From positions 19,723 to 83,722 of IMG/VR virus record IMGVR_UViG_3300032307_000705: a DNA stretch of 64,000 nucleotides. One strand, 5' to 3'. Under the pieces are notes generated by a model that was not told the DNA's origin, did not search any database, and was given only the letters and a program-made list of their open reading frames with translations. Positions 22,114-31,407 of this stretch are shown here, piece after piece. The position numbers and the translations under genes are program-made. This DNA is from a virus. Every line of letters begins with the position of its first letter. Positions within the stretch are counted from its first letter, which is position 1.

Positions 22114-22140
22114 TATCAAATTAATTCATATCTTTGTGGT

Positions 22141-22641
22141 ATGCAAACATTCCTACCATACGCGGATTTAACCGAATCACTCAGAGTCCTTGATAATAAG
22201 AGACTTGGCAAACAACGAGTTGAAACCTATCAAATTATCAGTGCAATCACTGGCAGATTAAAGCTGGATGGTACCCCCTACAAAGGGTGGATTAACCATC
22301 CATGCTCTGTTATGTGGAGAAACCATGTTCCACTCCTTAAGATGTACTTGAACGCAAGTATAGATGAGTGGGTTAGTCGTGGATTCAAGAACACAATGGA
22401 TAAGGAGGATATCGATGAGGAGGTGACTTATCCTGATTGGTTCGGTAATCAAAAGTTTCATGACTCACACAAATCCAATCTATTAAAAAAAGACTTCGAC
22501 TTCTATTCTCAATATAGATGGAGTGTTGACCCAACCAATCCTTACGTTTGGAAAGATAAAGAAGGTAAGTGGTACGAGCAACATTCGGGAACTAAAGGAA
22601 GAGTATATTTTGTTAGTAATATTAAATCAGTATCTTTGTAA
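22141..22641 (+). CDS. Pyrimidine-dimer DNA glycosylase/endonuclease V family protein
   Basis: MQTFLPY..LDNKRLGKQRVE..NHP..MW..SHKSNL. Confidence 0.8.
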   Translation: MQTFLPYADLTESLRVLDNKRLGKQRVETYQIISAITGRLKLDGTPYKGWINHPCSVMWRNHVPLLKMYLNASIDEWVSRGFKNTMDKEDIDEEVTYPDWFGNQKFHDSHKSNLLKKDFDFYSQYRWSVDPTNPYVWKDKEGKWYEQHSGTKGRVYFVSNIKSVSL

Positions 22642-22655
22642 AAAAAATCAAACAC

Positions 22656-23228
22656 ATGAAAAACTATTTAGCCACAGTTATCGGTAATTTCATCACAGAC
22701 GAAAGTTGTAATCAACTAGTAATGGCAGTCGCGCCATTGGTGGATTCACCAAACATGAAGTATCAATTCGGAGGAGGAATTGTAATGATGTATTTCGCAA
22801 CAGATGTTCCCAAAGACGAAATCTTTGAATATATCACTGGACTTATCCATGTTGATAGTGAAATACTAATTTTGACAGAAGTATCTGACAAAGTGTCAGT
22901 TCACGTTCCTTATGAAAAGTCTGGTCATTTATTTGATTTGGATAATCCTGGTCAAAATAATGACTATTCAATCGACATGAAAGGTGTTGTTGAGAATACT
23001 GATTTGTATAGTGACTATGATGAGGATGATATCGACATCAGTTTTTCAAATGAAATGATTCTTCCAAACGAATTACATTCAGAGATTAAGTCTAAGATTT
23101 CACAATGGATGGGTACTCCAGCAACTAAAACAACTTTGGATTCCATCTTGGATAAGATTAATGTCTTAGGAATGGACTCACTTACTAAACACGAATTAAC
23201 TCTACTTCAAAACTACAGTAATAGCTAA
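22656..23228 (+). CDS. Hypothetical protein with DUF6576-like C-terminus
   Basis: LDSILDKINVLGMDSLTKHE. Confidence 0.6.
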   Translation: MKNYLATVIGNFITDESCNQLVMAVAPLVDSPNMKYQFGGGIVMMYFATDVPKDEIFEYITGLIHVDSEILILTEVSDKVSVHVPYEKSGHLFDLDNPGQNNDYSIDMKGVVENTDLYSDYDEDDIDISFSNEMILPNELHSEIKSKISQWMGTPATKTTLDSILDKINVLGMDSLTKHELTLLQNYSNS

Positions 23229-23229
23229 T

Positions 23230-24027
23230 ATGAAAGAAAAATCTTCAATTCCCATCAACCAAGAAGAGATAAGTCATTATCTAAAAGACATCAGAAAGAT
23301 TAGGGTCATGACTCCTGAGAGGGAGCGTGAACTTGCTGAAAGAATGTTATCAGGGTTTATTACTGAAGAAGAGAAGAAAGAAATCCAAAAAGAATTATTG
23401 GAAGGTAACTTACGTTTCGTTATCACCGTATCGAAACAATATCAGAATCAAGGTTTGGATTTGTGTGACTTGATTGCTGAAGGTAATCTTGGATTGATGA
23501 AGGCGATTGAAAACTTTGATTGGACAAAAAGATTAAGATTCATCTCTTATGCGGTATGGTGGGTTAGACAATCTATTTTGCAATCTTTGAATGAGAATGC
23601 AAGAACTATTCGTCTACCAGTCAATGTAGTTCAAGAACTTCATAAGGCTAAGAAAGAACTTGAAAAGGCTGGTGTTGAATTACCTGAAAAGATGGTGAAT
23701 CTACCTTATACCATTAACTTGGACAATCCACTTAATGAAGAAGGTGATACATTGTTGGATATTTTGGTAAACCCAAATGCTGATTTGGCGGACAAAAACT
23801 TATCTACAGAAGACACTTTGAAAGAAAAACTTTTGAATATGTTGGATGTTTTGGACGAGAGAGAAAAGGTTATTATCGAAGATTATTTTGGGTTATCTGG
23901 TTCAACAAGAACCCTTGAGGACATTGGAACTGACTTCGATTTAACCAAAGAAAGGGTTAGACAAATCAAAGAAAAGGCTTTGAGAAAGTTACGAAACGAA
24001 ACAGGTATTCTCTTCGACTATCTGTAA
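23230..24027 (+). CDS. Sigma-70 family factor, Bacteroidota primary-sigma-like (no region 1.1)
   Basis: NLRFVITVSKQYQNQGL, EGNLGL, FISYAVWWVRQSI, TLEDIG..LTKERVRQIKEKALRKLR. Confidence 0.92.
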   Translation: MKEKSSIPINQEEISHYLKDIRKIRVMTPERERELAERMLSGFITEEEKKEIQKELLEGNLRFVITVSKQYQNQGLDLCDLIAEGNLGLMKAIENFDWTKRLRFISYAVWWVRQSILQSLNENARTIRLPVNVVQELHKAKKELEKAGVELPEKMVNLPYTINLDNPLNEEGDTLLDILVNPNADLADKNLSTEDTLKEKLLNMLDVLDEREKVIIEDYFGLSGSTRTLEDIGTDFDLTKERVRQIKEKALRKLRNETGILFDYL

Positions 24028-24096
24028 TTTAGAATAAAGGGTGTATTTATTTAATACACCTTTTATATTTTAAGGATAAATCAAAATAAAATTGTT

Positions 24097-24384
24097 ATGA
24101 AAAAATTTATTGAAAACAACTTTGTTATAATCGTTTTGGTAATCACCTTGCTCACATTATTCAAGTCCTGTGGTGATTCAAGAGAGTTAACCAAAGTAAG
24201 ACAAGAGATTACCGCAATCAAAGACTCAACATATACCAAACAAGAATTAAACATTGAACTACAAATCTCAGGATTGGAAGCGGAAAAAAGAATGATTCAG
24301 GCTACCGATAGAAAATTATTTGATGTCAGAAGACAAACTGAAATCGAAGATGAGATAAAGAAACTTAAATCACAGAGAAAATGA
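24097..24384 (+). CDS. Membrane-anchored coiled-coil protein
   Basis: N-terminal hydrophobic helix ending FKSCG; TATTTAT at 24044-24050. Confidence 0.65.
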   Translation: MKKFIENNFVIIVLVITLLTLFKSCGDSRELTKVRQEITAIKDSTYTKQELNIELQISGLEAEKRMIQATDRKLFDVRRQTEIEDEIKKLKSQRK

Positions 24385-25091
24385 ATTGGGTTCAGAAGAA
24401 TTTCAAGGCGATAATTTATATCTCATTTTTAGTTCCAATCTTAACCGTTGCATTTGTATCCATATCTCACGTAACTTCTTGGTATGGATTATCAAATCCA
24501 TTAAGTTGGGCAATTTATTTGTCAGTGGGTATTGAAATCGCGGCACTTTCTGCATTGGCGGCAATCTCAGCACAGATGGGATCTAAGGTATATTTCCCAT
24601 TCGGTATTGTGACACTTATTCAATTCATAGGAAATATTTTCTTTGCCTATCAATACATTGATGTTGATTCACAATCATTTAAGGATTGGGTTGATTTAGT
24701 TGACCCTTTTGTTAGTTATTTGGGTGTTGAATCTGGTGATTTTGTTGGTCATAAAAGATTTTTGGCTTTGTTTGCTGGAGGTATGTTACCAATAATTTCT
24801 CTTTCATTCTTGCACATGTTAGTTAAGTTTGAAGAAGAGGAAAAGAAAAAAACACCAACACCACAACCTCAAGTTTTGGATATTGACCAATTAAGTATTC
24901 AGGCTGGCAAAATGGAGGCGGAAGTTGATAAAGAAAAATATACACCGACTCAAGAAGAATTGGAAAAGTTGGAGAATGAATTAAGAAAACTGAATGAACA
25001 AAAATTTGGAGTTTTAGAAAATGAACTCCAAGAAGAATCAAATTCTGATTCTGAAGTTAAAAGGCTCAGTTATTTGAGAAGTCATGGTTAA
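24381..25091 (+). CDS. Multi-TM membrane protein (holin candidate)
   Basis: Four hydrophobic segments plus charged tail, overlaps amidase gene. Confidence 0.55.
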   Translation: MNWVQKNFKAIIYISFLVPILTVAFVSISHVTSWYGLSNPLSWAIYLSVGIEIAALSALAAISAQMGSKVYFPFGIVTLIQFIGNIFFAYQYIDVDSQSFKDWVDLVDPFVSYLGVESGDFVGHKRFLALFAGGMLPIISLSFLHMLVKFEEEEKKKTPTPQPQVLDIDQLSIQAGKMEAEVDKEKYTPTQEELEKLENELRKLNEQKFGVLENELQEESNSDSEVKRLSYLRSHG

Positions 25092-25689
25092 TATTGAAAG
25101 ATACGGAAAATTCAAACCAACAGGAAAATACAAACAAAAGACGCAAATAATTTTGTGTCATACTTCAAGGGAAGTCGAGGAATACTTGGCTTCCCTTACG
25201 TTTAGATACAACACCAAATACGATAAAATACCAAACTATGTTGTGACTCGAGATGGAAGGGTATTACAATTATTGTCCAATGAAGGATATAGTAATTTCT
25301 TTAACGATGTAATAACAAACAAACTTTCGATAGTTGTGAGTTTGGAGAATTTGGGATGGTTGGAAAAGAAACCATTATCTAACCATTATATTAACTGGAA
25401 AGGAAGTATTTATAATCAACAGGTTTACGAAAAAAAATGGAGAGACTATTATTTTTGGCAACCTTACACTCCTGAGCAAATTCAAACAACTGCTGAGCTG
25501 TGTAAGTATTTGACAGATACTCTTCAGATTGAAAAGACGTGTGTAGGTCATAACACGAAAGTGGATGGTATAGAAAACTTCGAGGGTATTTGCTCGAGAA
25601 GTAACTACGACTCCACATTCACAGACTTAAGCCCATCATTCAATTTCGAAACCTTTATTAAATTTTTGGAAAATGAGCAATTTGCATAA
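25084..25689 (+). CDS. N-acetylmuramoyl-L-alanine amidase (Amidase_2-like), endolysin candidate
   Basis: IILCHTS, YVVTRDG, SLENLG, YTPEQI, VGHN, DLSP. Confidence 0.7.
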   Translation: MVNIERYGKFKPTGKYKQKTQIILCHTSREVEEYLASLTFRYNTKYDKIPNYVVTRDGRVLQLLSNEGYSNFFNDVITNKLSIVVSLENLGWLEKKPLSNHYINWKGSIYNQQVYEKKWRDYYFWQPYTPEQIQTTAELCKYLTDTLQIEKTCVGHNTKVDGIENFEGICSRSNYDSTFTDLSPSFNFETFIKFLENEQFA

Positions 25690-26245
25690 CGAAAGGTACG
25701 ACGAGATTAAATCTCTATTAAAGAAGTCTAAATTACTCTTTGAGCAAGACGGACAAATAAACGTTGCTAAAGATGTTGAGAGTAGAATCCAACAGGATGT
25801 TGAGTATGATACTGCTGAGACTGAGGTTGATGCTGGTGAAGAACCAACTCCAAAAGATAAGTCCCAAAAATACAGAATTTCTGGAGGTATCTTGAAACTT
25901 CACGGTAAAGATAGAAGTGATTTGGATATCACCACAGATGAGAAAGTTGCTTTCCAAGAGACTATGGACGAATTCGTTGAGGAGGTTTCTGACTTGGTTG
26001 ATTTCAACACATTGAATGTATATAAAAATAGTGTTGAGTGGTCGGGAAAACTTATTGACGAGGACATTGACTTCATTTTTACAATCGGAGAAGACAGTGG
26101 AATCTATATCAACGGAGAAATGATTAAAGTTGACCAAGAGTTCTTGGATATGATTAATAAACTTCAACAATTCTATCAAAAGTTTAAGTCCAAGTGGGGT
26201 AAAGTTTTGGCGAATAGAAAAAAGACAGCAGAATCACCAGTTTAA
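25673..26245 (+). CDS. Hypothetical protein with LFEQ-ending leader
   Basis: YDEIKSLLKKSKLLFEQ N-terminus. Confidence 0.7.
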   Translation: MSNLHNERYDEIKSLLKKSKLLFEQDGQINVAKDVESRIQQDVEYDTAETEVDAGEEPTPKDKSQKYRISGGILKLHGKDRSDLDITTDEKVAFQETMDEFVEEVSDLVDFNTLNVYKNSVEWSGKLIDEDIDFIFTIGEDSGIYINGEMIKVDQEFLDMINKLQQFYQKFKSKWGKVLANRKKTAESPV

Positions 26246-26246
26246 G

Positions 26247-26597
26247 ATGAGAGAGAAAATAATCAATAACAGACAAGACATATTACTTGCAATAGTAATG
26301 GTGTTAGCGTTATGGAATATTTTTAATACAAATGGGATTAAAACAGATGTGAAATCCTATAAAGAAAAGATTGAGAATATTCAAGTTGAAATTGATTCAG
26401 CTCAATCTGTCAACAAAGAGATGGATGAAAAAGTTTTGGTAATAAAAGAAACAGTAAATTCTATTACCAACGAAATTCATGAAATCGATAACAATATAGA
26501 AATGGTAAAAGAACAAACTGATGAAAAAGTTATTAGTGTTGGTTTTATTGGTAATGATGAGCTCGAGAAGCTTTTCGCAGACCGTTATTCAAACTGA
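26247..26597 (+). CDS. N-anchored coiled-coil protein (inner-spanin candidate)
   Basis: TM then heptads; overlaps next gene by 77 nt. Confidence 0.55.
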   Translation: MREKIINNRQDILLAIVMVLALWNIFNTNGIKTDVKSYKEKIENIQVEIDSAQSVNKEMDEKVLVIKETVNSITNEIHEIDNNIEMVKEQTDEKVISVGFIGNDELEKLFADRYSN

Positions 26598-26946
26598 AAC
26601 AACAGATTCTTCCAAAGTAGTATTAAGTGTTAGAGTTGCTAGATTGGTCTATCAAGATTTGTTAAAATATGATGGATTGAAGGAAGAGATGGGATTTATG
26701 AAACTTAAACTTCAAAAAGTAGAGGAAAGAGAGTTTCAAAAAGATAATATCATTACTATTTTGACACAAAAAGATGAGAACAATCAGTTCATCATTGGAA
26801 AAAAAGATGAACAACTTAAACTATCCAAAGAATTAACGGATAGTTTACATAAAGAATTAAAAGGTCAAAGAGCCCAAACATTCCTATGGAAAGTTGGGAC
26901 TTTTGTTGGCTTGGGATTAACATCGTTTTTATTAATAGGTAACTAA
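26521..26946 (+). CDS. Signal-peptide coiled-coil protein with C-terminal TM (spanin-like candidate)
   Basis: MKKLLVLVLLVMMSSRSFSQ signal; FLWKVGTFVGLGLTSFLLI tail. Confidence 0.55.
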   Translation: MKKLLVLVLLVMMSSRSFSQTVIQTETTDSSKVVLSVRVARLVYQDLLKYDGLKEEMGFMKLKLQKVEEREFQKDNIITILTQKDENNQFIIGKKDEQLKLSKELTDSLHKELKGQRAQTFLWKVGTFVGLGLTSFLLIGN

Positions 26947-27191
26947 TGGCACTCACAAGTTCAGAAGCTAAAGAAATAGAAGTTATGATTCGTAAAGAAA
27001 TAAAATCCTTTATGAATAATAACACTATCAAACAATTTGAAGACCAATTGATGGACAGAATTCAAAAAGAAATAAAAAGAGGGAAGCTCGAAGGAGAAGT
27101 CAAAGACATTACTCTAAGAATGTTCCGAGAATTCTACCAATTCATGTGGATGAATAGAAGTTATTGGGAGCCAAGGCTTAAGAATGCCTAA
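26946..27191 (+). CDS. Hypothetical protein
   Basis: TAATG coupling to previous gene. Confidence 0.65.
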   Translation: MALTSSEAKEIEVMIRKEIKSFMNNNTIKQFEDQLMDRIQKEIKRGKLEGEVKDITLRMFREFYQFMWMNRSYWEPRLKNA

Positions 27192-27202
27192 AAATAAATG
27201 AA

Positions 27203-28180
27203 ATGAAAAGTTCAGCAGATTTATTCAAGAATAGTTTAGATAAAGCGTTTTCGCAGATAAGTCTGAACTCATCAACATTACAAGATCATATGAAATACAA
27301 ACAAGGATTCACAGAGGAAAATTTAGAAGGTGGTATCGCTGACAAAAAAACCGTTGAAGACATTGCAAAAAAATATAAGTTAGATGTTGAAGTCATCAAT
27401 AAACACTTGAATGATGGGATAAAAGTTGAAATGGAACATACCAATCTGAAAACTAAGGCAAAAGAAATTGCCATGGACCATTTATTTGAAGACCCTAATT
27501 ATTACACAAAATTAAAAAAAATGGAAGCAAAAGAATCTAAAGATTTGAAATTAAGTAAAAATGATAATGAGATGGTACGTGGTATCGTTGATATCATTAA
27601 TCAAGTCAAAGATGTTGAAAATAAAAAACAGATTGCTCGAAACATGGTTAAACAATTCAAAAAGGAAAACATTGAAGTCGACACCAATGAATTTTTGAAG
27701 ATGTGTAAGTTGAATGGTATGAAGAAAGAGGAAAATAACGAGGCGACAGGTTCTGGATCATCAGGAGCATATGTTGGGCCAGTATTTGGTGGTGATGATG
27801 AGTTTTGGGAAAGAAGTAGAAGTGAGACACCTAAATTGAAGGAAAGTGATGTGGAAAAGGTTGAAGCAAAAGAAGCGACGACAACAGGATCTTCAGGAGG
27901 ATATGAGACACCGGCAATGTGGGCAAAGTCTACAAAGAAAAAAGATTGGGGACCAAGTAGAAAAACTCAATACAAAGGTGGATCGTTTGTAAAGATTAAG
28001 AAGAAATGTACAACATTCCCATATTGTAATCAGGGTGATATCACAAACTTGAAACTAAGTAAAAATGAATCAGTTAAAGAAGCAATTAAGAATGTTGCGA
28101 GTAAATTGAATATTGATGAATCTCTTATTATAACTATTTTGGAACATGAGTACCAAATGAAGAATAAAAGGAACAAATAA
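27203..28180 (+). CDS. DUF5661-like domain protein, putative head-internal protein
   Basis: GIKVEMEHT..EIAMDHLFEDPNYYTKL; two EA(T)TG/SSG(A/G)Y segments. Confidence 0.65.
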   Translation: MKSSADLFKNSLDKAFSQISLNSSTLQDHMKYKQGFTEENLEGGIADKKTVEDIAKKYKLDVEVINKHLNDGIKVEMEHTNLKTKAKEIAMDHLFEDPNYYTKLKKMEAKESKDLKLSKNDNEMVRGIVDIINQVKDVENKKQIARNMVKQFKKENIEVDTNEFLKMCKLNGMKKEENNEATGSGSSGAYVGPVFGGDDEFWERSRSETPKLKESDVEKVEAKEATTTGSSGGYETPAMWAKSTKKKDWGPSRKTQYKGGSFVKIKKKCTTFPYCNQGDITNLKLSKNESVKEAIKNVASKLNIDESLIITILEHEYQMKNKRNK

Positions 28181-28207
28181 AGATATTTATTATAAAAAAT
28201 AAAAACA

Positions 28208-29641
28208 ATGAGAATCAACATAGACAAATTAGTTTCCAAAATATTGAACGAGGAAATTGAAAATAAAGCAAAACAAATTTCTGAACAGTTAGAAGAAGGA
28301 GAGTGGACTGAAATTGAAGTTGACGAACAACTTAAAGGTGGTCAAAAAAAGATTGATGTCGCCGAACCAAAAGGTAAAATCACAGCAGCAGACTTCAAAA
28401 AACTTAGAGATAATAAAACGAATAAAAAAGAAGTTGACGAGTTTTACTTTGAGTTTGATGGGGATGATTCTGAAGATGAAGAAATGGAAATGGGTAGAGA
28501 TAAATTTCATGTGACTCGTAAACCAAAAATGATGGGTTCATTTGATGATGATCACGGATTTTATGACGAAGACGAAAGACGATATACTGGAGATTTTGAC
28601 TTTGACTATGATGAAGAAGAGTTTGACGATTTCGATTCATTTGATTCTAAGTATGGAGGGAAACAAAGATTATTCGCGCCAGGTAAAGAGGGTAAAAAAT
28701 TCTTCGACATGTATAAAGAAAGGTTCGGTAAACCATTTAGAGTTAGAACTCCAAGAGACATGGGAGAAGCTGAGACTGAAGAAGGAAATGCATTTAGTGG
28801 AGCATTAGCAGACGCGAAGAAATCTGGTAAAGATTCATTTGAAGTTGATGGAAAAACATACAATGTTAAGGAAAATAGAAAATCTTCTTTGAAATTGACT
28901 GAAGATGAATTGATTGACCTAATCGAACAAATCGTGTTGGAGCAATCAGTAAAAGATAAAGACGAAAAATCAAATATTTCTAACAAGAGTCCTGAAGGTT
29001 TGAAAAAAACTGATAAGGTGTTGGGTCTTAATAAGAAAGAAAATGATGATTATGCTAAAGAGGTTGTCAAGAAGATGACAGATTATATGAAGGATATGGT
29101 TTCAGGTGGTAAAGGATATGATGAAAATCCTGACGACTTCCCTCAAAGTAATTATGACATGGAAAAAGACCATAAAGAAAAGAAATACCATCCGTCTGAT
29201 GCTGTTGAAGAATATATTGAAGCCTTTGCTTATCCTGGTATGACTAATTTGGTTTATGACGAAATCAAACCTGATGATGAAATGATTGAAAAACAAATCA
29301 AGGGAGATTCTAAAAATGGAAATGCGGTTACTGGTAAAGATGGTAAAGCATTAGGTAATGTTTCAAAAAGAAGTGAAAAAGTTGGAGAGAGATTCAAAAA
29401 GAATTTTGACGAAAACTTGTACGGAGCGGAACAAATGAACGTATCATATAAAAGACAACCACAACCTGTAGATATCGCTGGTGAAAAGAAAGAATCAGGT
29501 GGATTGAAGAAAGGTTCTACCGCAAAGGCTCAGAAAATAATGAACCAACTTGAGTCAAAAGAAGATAAGAAGTCTAAAGTTATTTCTGAAGAGATGGAAA
29601 AGATGAAAAATCTTATCGGATACAACAGAAAAACACAATAA
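28208..29641 (+). CDS. Highly charged putative prohead scaffold/internal protein
   Basis: KILNEE leader, internal LKLTEDELIDLIEQIVLEQ, terminal VISEEMEKMKNLIGY; TATTTAT at 28184-28190. Confidence 0.55.
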   Translation: MRINIDKLVSKILNEEIENKAKQISEQLEEGEWTEIEVDEQLKGGQKKIDVAEPKGKITAADFKKLRDNKTNKKEVDEFYFEFDGDDSEDEEMEMGRDKFHVTRKPKMMGSFDDDHGFYDEDERRYTGDFDFDYDEEEFDDFDSFDSKYGGKQRLFAPGKEGKKFFDMYKERFGKPFRVRTPRDMGEAETEEGNAFSGALADAKKSGKDSFEVDGKTYNVKENRKSSLKLTEDELIDLIEQIVLEQSVKDKDEKSNISNKSPEGLKKTDKVLGLNKKENDDYAKEVVKKMTDYMKDMVSGGKGYDENPDDFPQSNYDMEKDHKEKKYHPSDAVEEYIEAFAYPGMTNLVYDEIKPDDEMIEKQIKGDSKNGNAVTGKDGKALGNVSKRSEKVGERFKKNFDENLYGAEQMNVSYKRQPQPVDIAGEKKESGGLKKGSTAKAQKIMNQLESKEDKKSKVISEEMEKMKNLIGYNRKTQ

Positions 29642-29680
29642 AAATTCACATTTATTTTATTTATATTATATTCTCCATAG

Positions 29681-30157
29681 ATGAACTCTATGGAGAATTT
29701 TTTTAATTGGATAGCCAAACCAGTTCCCAATGACGAAGTGGTCATTTGGTTTAACGTGCACAATATGATTTATGAAAAAATTGAATTATATGGTGATATA
29801 TTCAAATCATTGAACTATGTGATTACTGATACCTATATGGGTGATTCAAATGGCAACGCAATTGAAACTAAAATAGTTTTATCTCAAGATGATAAAAAAT
29901 CTCATTTTGACTGGTGCTGGGAGAAAATGATTGAAAATTTCAAGAAAGAAAATATAGTAATTACTTTGAATGGAGAACATAAAGACTATTTGAAATCATT
30001 TTACATGGATACGTTTTATAACCAAAGTGAAAAAAAAGTTAAAGACTCCGTTCCAATATTTCTAAACGATATATTCAATATGTCAAAACCATTTAGCAAG
30101 TCAGATTTAGATATGCTCACGGAGATTTACAAAATGATGGAAAAAAATGTTAAGTAG
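29681..30157 (+). CDS. Hypothetical protein
   Basis: ORF track. Confidence 0.7.
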   Translation: MNSMENFFNWIAKPVPNDEVVIWFNVHNMIYEKIELYGDIFKSLNYVITDTYMGDSNGNAIETKIVLSQDDKKSHFDWCWEKMIENFKKENIVITLNGEHKDYLKSFYMDTFYNQSEKKVKDSVPIFLNDIFNMSKPFSKSDLDMLTEIYKMMEKNVK

Positions 30158-30237
30158 AAAAAAACCATACTCTATTTACACAGGGACAAATAAAGTTATT
30201 TTTATCACATAAACAATAAACATTAATTAGATTAGAA

Positions 30238-30420
30238 ATGGAAACATTAGAACAAATTAAAGAACTTACTGAACTATTGTCAGTTGATGCTGCTAAATTC
30301 TATAAAGGTAATAAAAGTGCGGGTACCCGTGCAAGAAAATCTGCACAAGAACTAAAAGCGTTACTTCAACAATTCAGAACTGAAGTTCTTGAACACAGCA
30401 AAACTGAAAAGAATGCATAA
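30238..30420 (+). CDS. Histone H1-like (Hc1 family) nucleoid protein
   Basis: KGNKSAGTRARKSAQELK motif. Confidence 0.8.
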   Translation: METLEQIKELTELLSVDAAKFYKGNKSAGTRARKSAQELKALLQQFRTEVLEHSKTEKNA

Positions 30421-30601
30421 CATTAATACAATATATTTTTTTATATTTGTGTTTACAATATTAGTGTCATTACGGCACGTGTTGAAATTTATAAGAGCCC
30501 TGTTAGCTAAAGAGCCAAAACCTTTGGTTTATTCTAACAGGGAACTTATAACCTTAGGATTATCAATAAGTTACATCATCACCTACATATATCTATCATG
30601 A
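30413..30601 (+). CDS. Small two-TM protein
   Basis: Two hydrophobic segments; overlaps neighbours. Confidence 0.6.
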   Translation: MHNINTIYFFIFVFTILVSLRHVLKFIRALLAKEPKPLVYSNRELITLGLSISYIITYIYLS

Positions 30602-31068
30602 GTTTTTATAAAGAATTATTGCCATTTGTTGAGTATCTACACTCAATTAGAAAACTAAAAACTTACTTAAGTTTTGACATGGTTTTTCCTACTAAATGGT
30701 CTTTACCTAAAAGTATTGTTGAAGAAGGCCAGATCGTCGGATTTGAGGCAGAAAATCAAAACCTGAAAGGGATTTCATTTGTTTCTCCTATAGATGATTC
30801 TGAAGTCTCTAAGACTATGATAAAAATATCTAAGGTTATTAAGTTGAACAAAGAAAAAGAATTAAAAGAAAGACTATTCAAAGAAACTGTTGAACGATTG
30901 AAATCCACATTTGAAAAAACTGATTTAGATAAACTCCAAAATTTATATTTTGACTTCGATGATGGTGATACACCAGAATTAGATGTTGAATTGGATGATG
31001 ACGATAATGATTCTGACTATGAGCAAGACGAACAGGGACCAGTCGATACTGAATTGGTTGGAAAGTGA
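30598..31068 (+). CDS. Hypothetical protein
   Basis: ATGA coupling; acidic tail. Confidence 0.7.
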   Translation: MSFYKELLPFVEYLHSIRKLKTYLSFDMVFPTKWSLPKSIVEEGQIVGFEAENQNLKGISFVSPIDDSEVSKTMIKISKVIKLNKEKELKERLFKETVERLKSTFEKTDLDKLQNLYFDFDDGDTPELDVELDDDDNDSDYEQDEQGPVDTELVGK

Positions 31069-31213
31069 AAAATTAAAAGATACCAAAGATATTGAGAATA
31101 CTAAAAGAAAATATATTGAGGAGATTCGAGGTATCAAGAAAGAAGAATTGTTTAGAGTACCTAAAAAACTAACATTATGGCAGAAAATAAAGATAATAAT
31201 TTTGGGGAGTTAG
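31019..31213 (+). CDS. Hypothetical protein
   Basis: MSKTNRDQ..LTLWQKIK; overlapping operon gene. Confidence 0.6.
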   Translation: MSKTNRDQSILNWLESEKLKDTKDIENTKRKYIEEIRGIKKEELFRVPKKLTLWQKIKIIILGS

Positions 31214-31407
31214 AAAAGTTGGCGTTAATTGCTGAGTCCTGTCAGACTATTTTTAGTGGCAAGGCGACCGTTGTGTTTGAGTTACCAAAGGGAGAATATA
31301 CCAGCGTTATTAATCATTTTAGAGAGGTTGACAGACATCACAAACAATTTTCTATTGATATTTCAGGTACGGAATTTCATTTCATTTTGACTGAGGTAGA
31401 GTCGTAA
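31177..31407 (+). CDS. Hypothetical protein
   Basis: ORF track. Confidence 0.6.
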   Translation: MAENKDNNFGELEKLALIAESCQTIFSGKATVVFELPKGEYTSVINHFREVDRHHKQFSIDISGTEFHFILTEVES

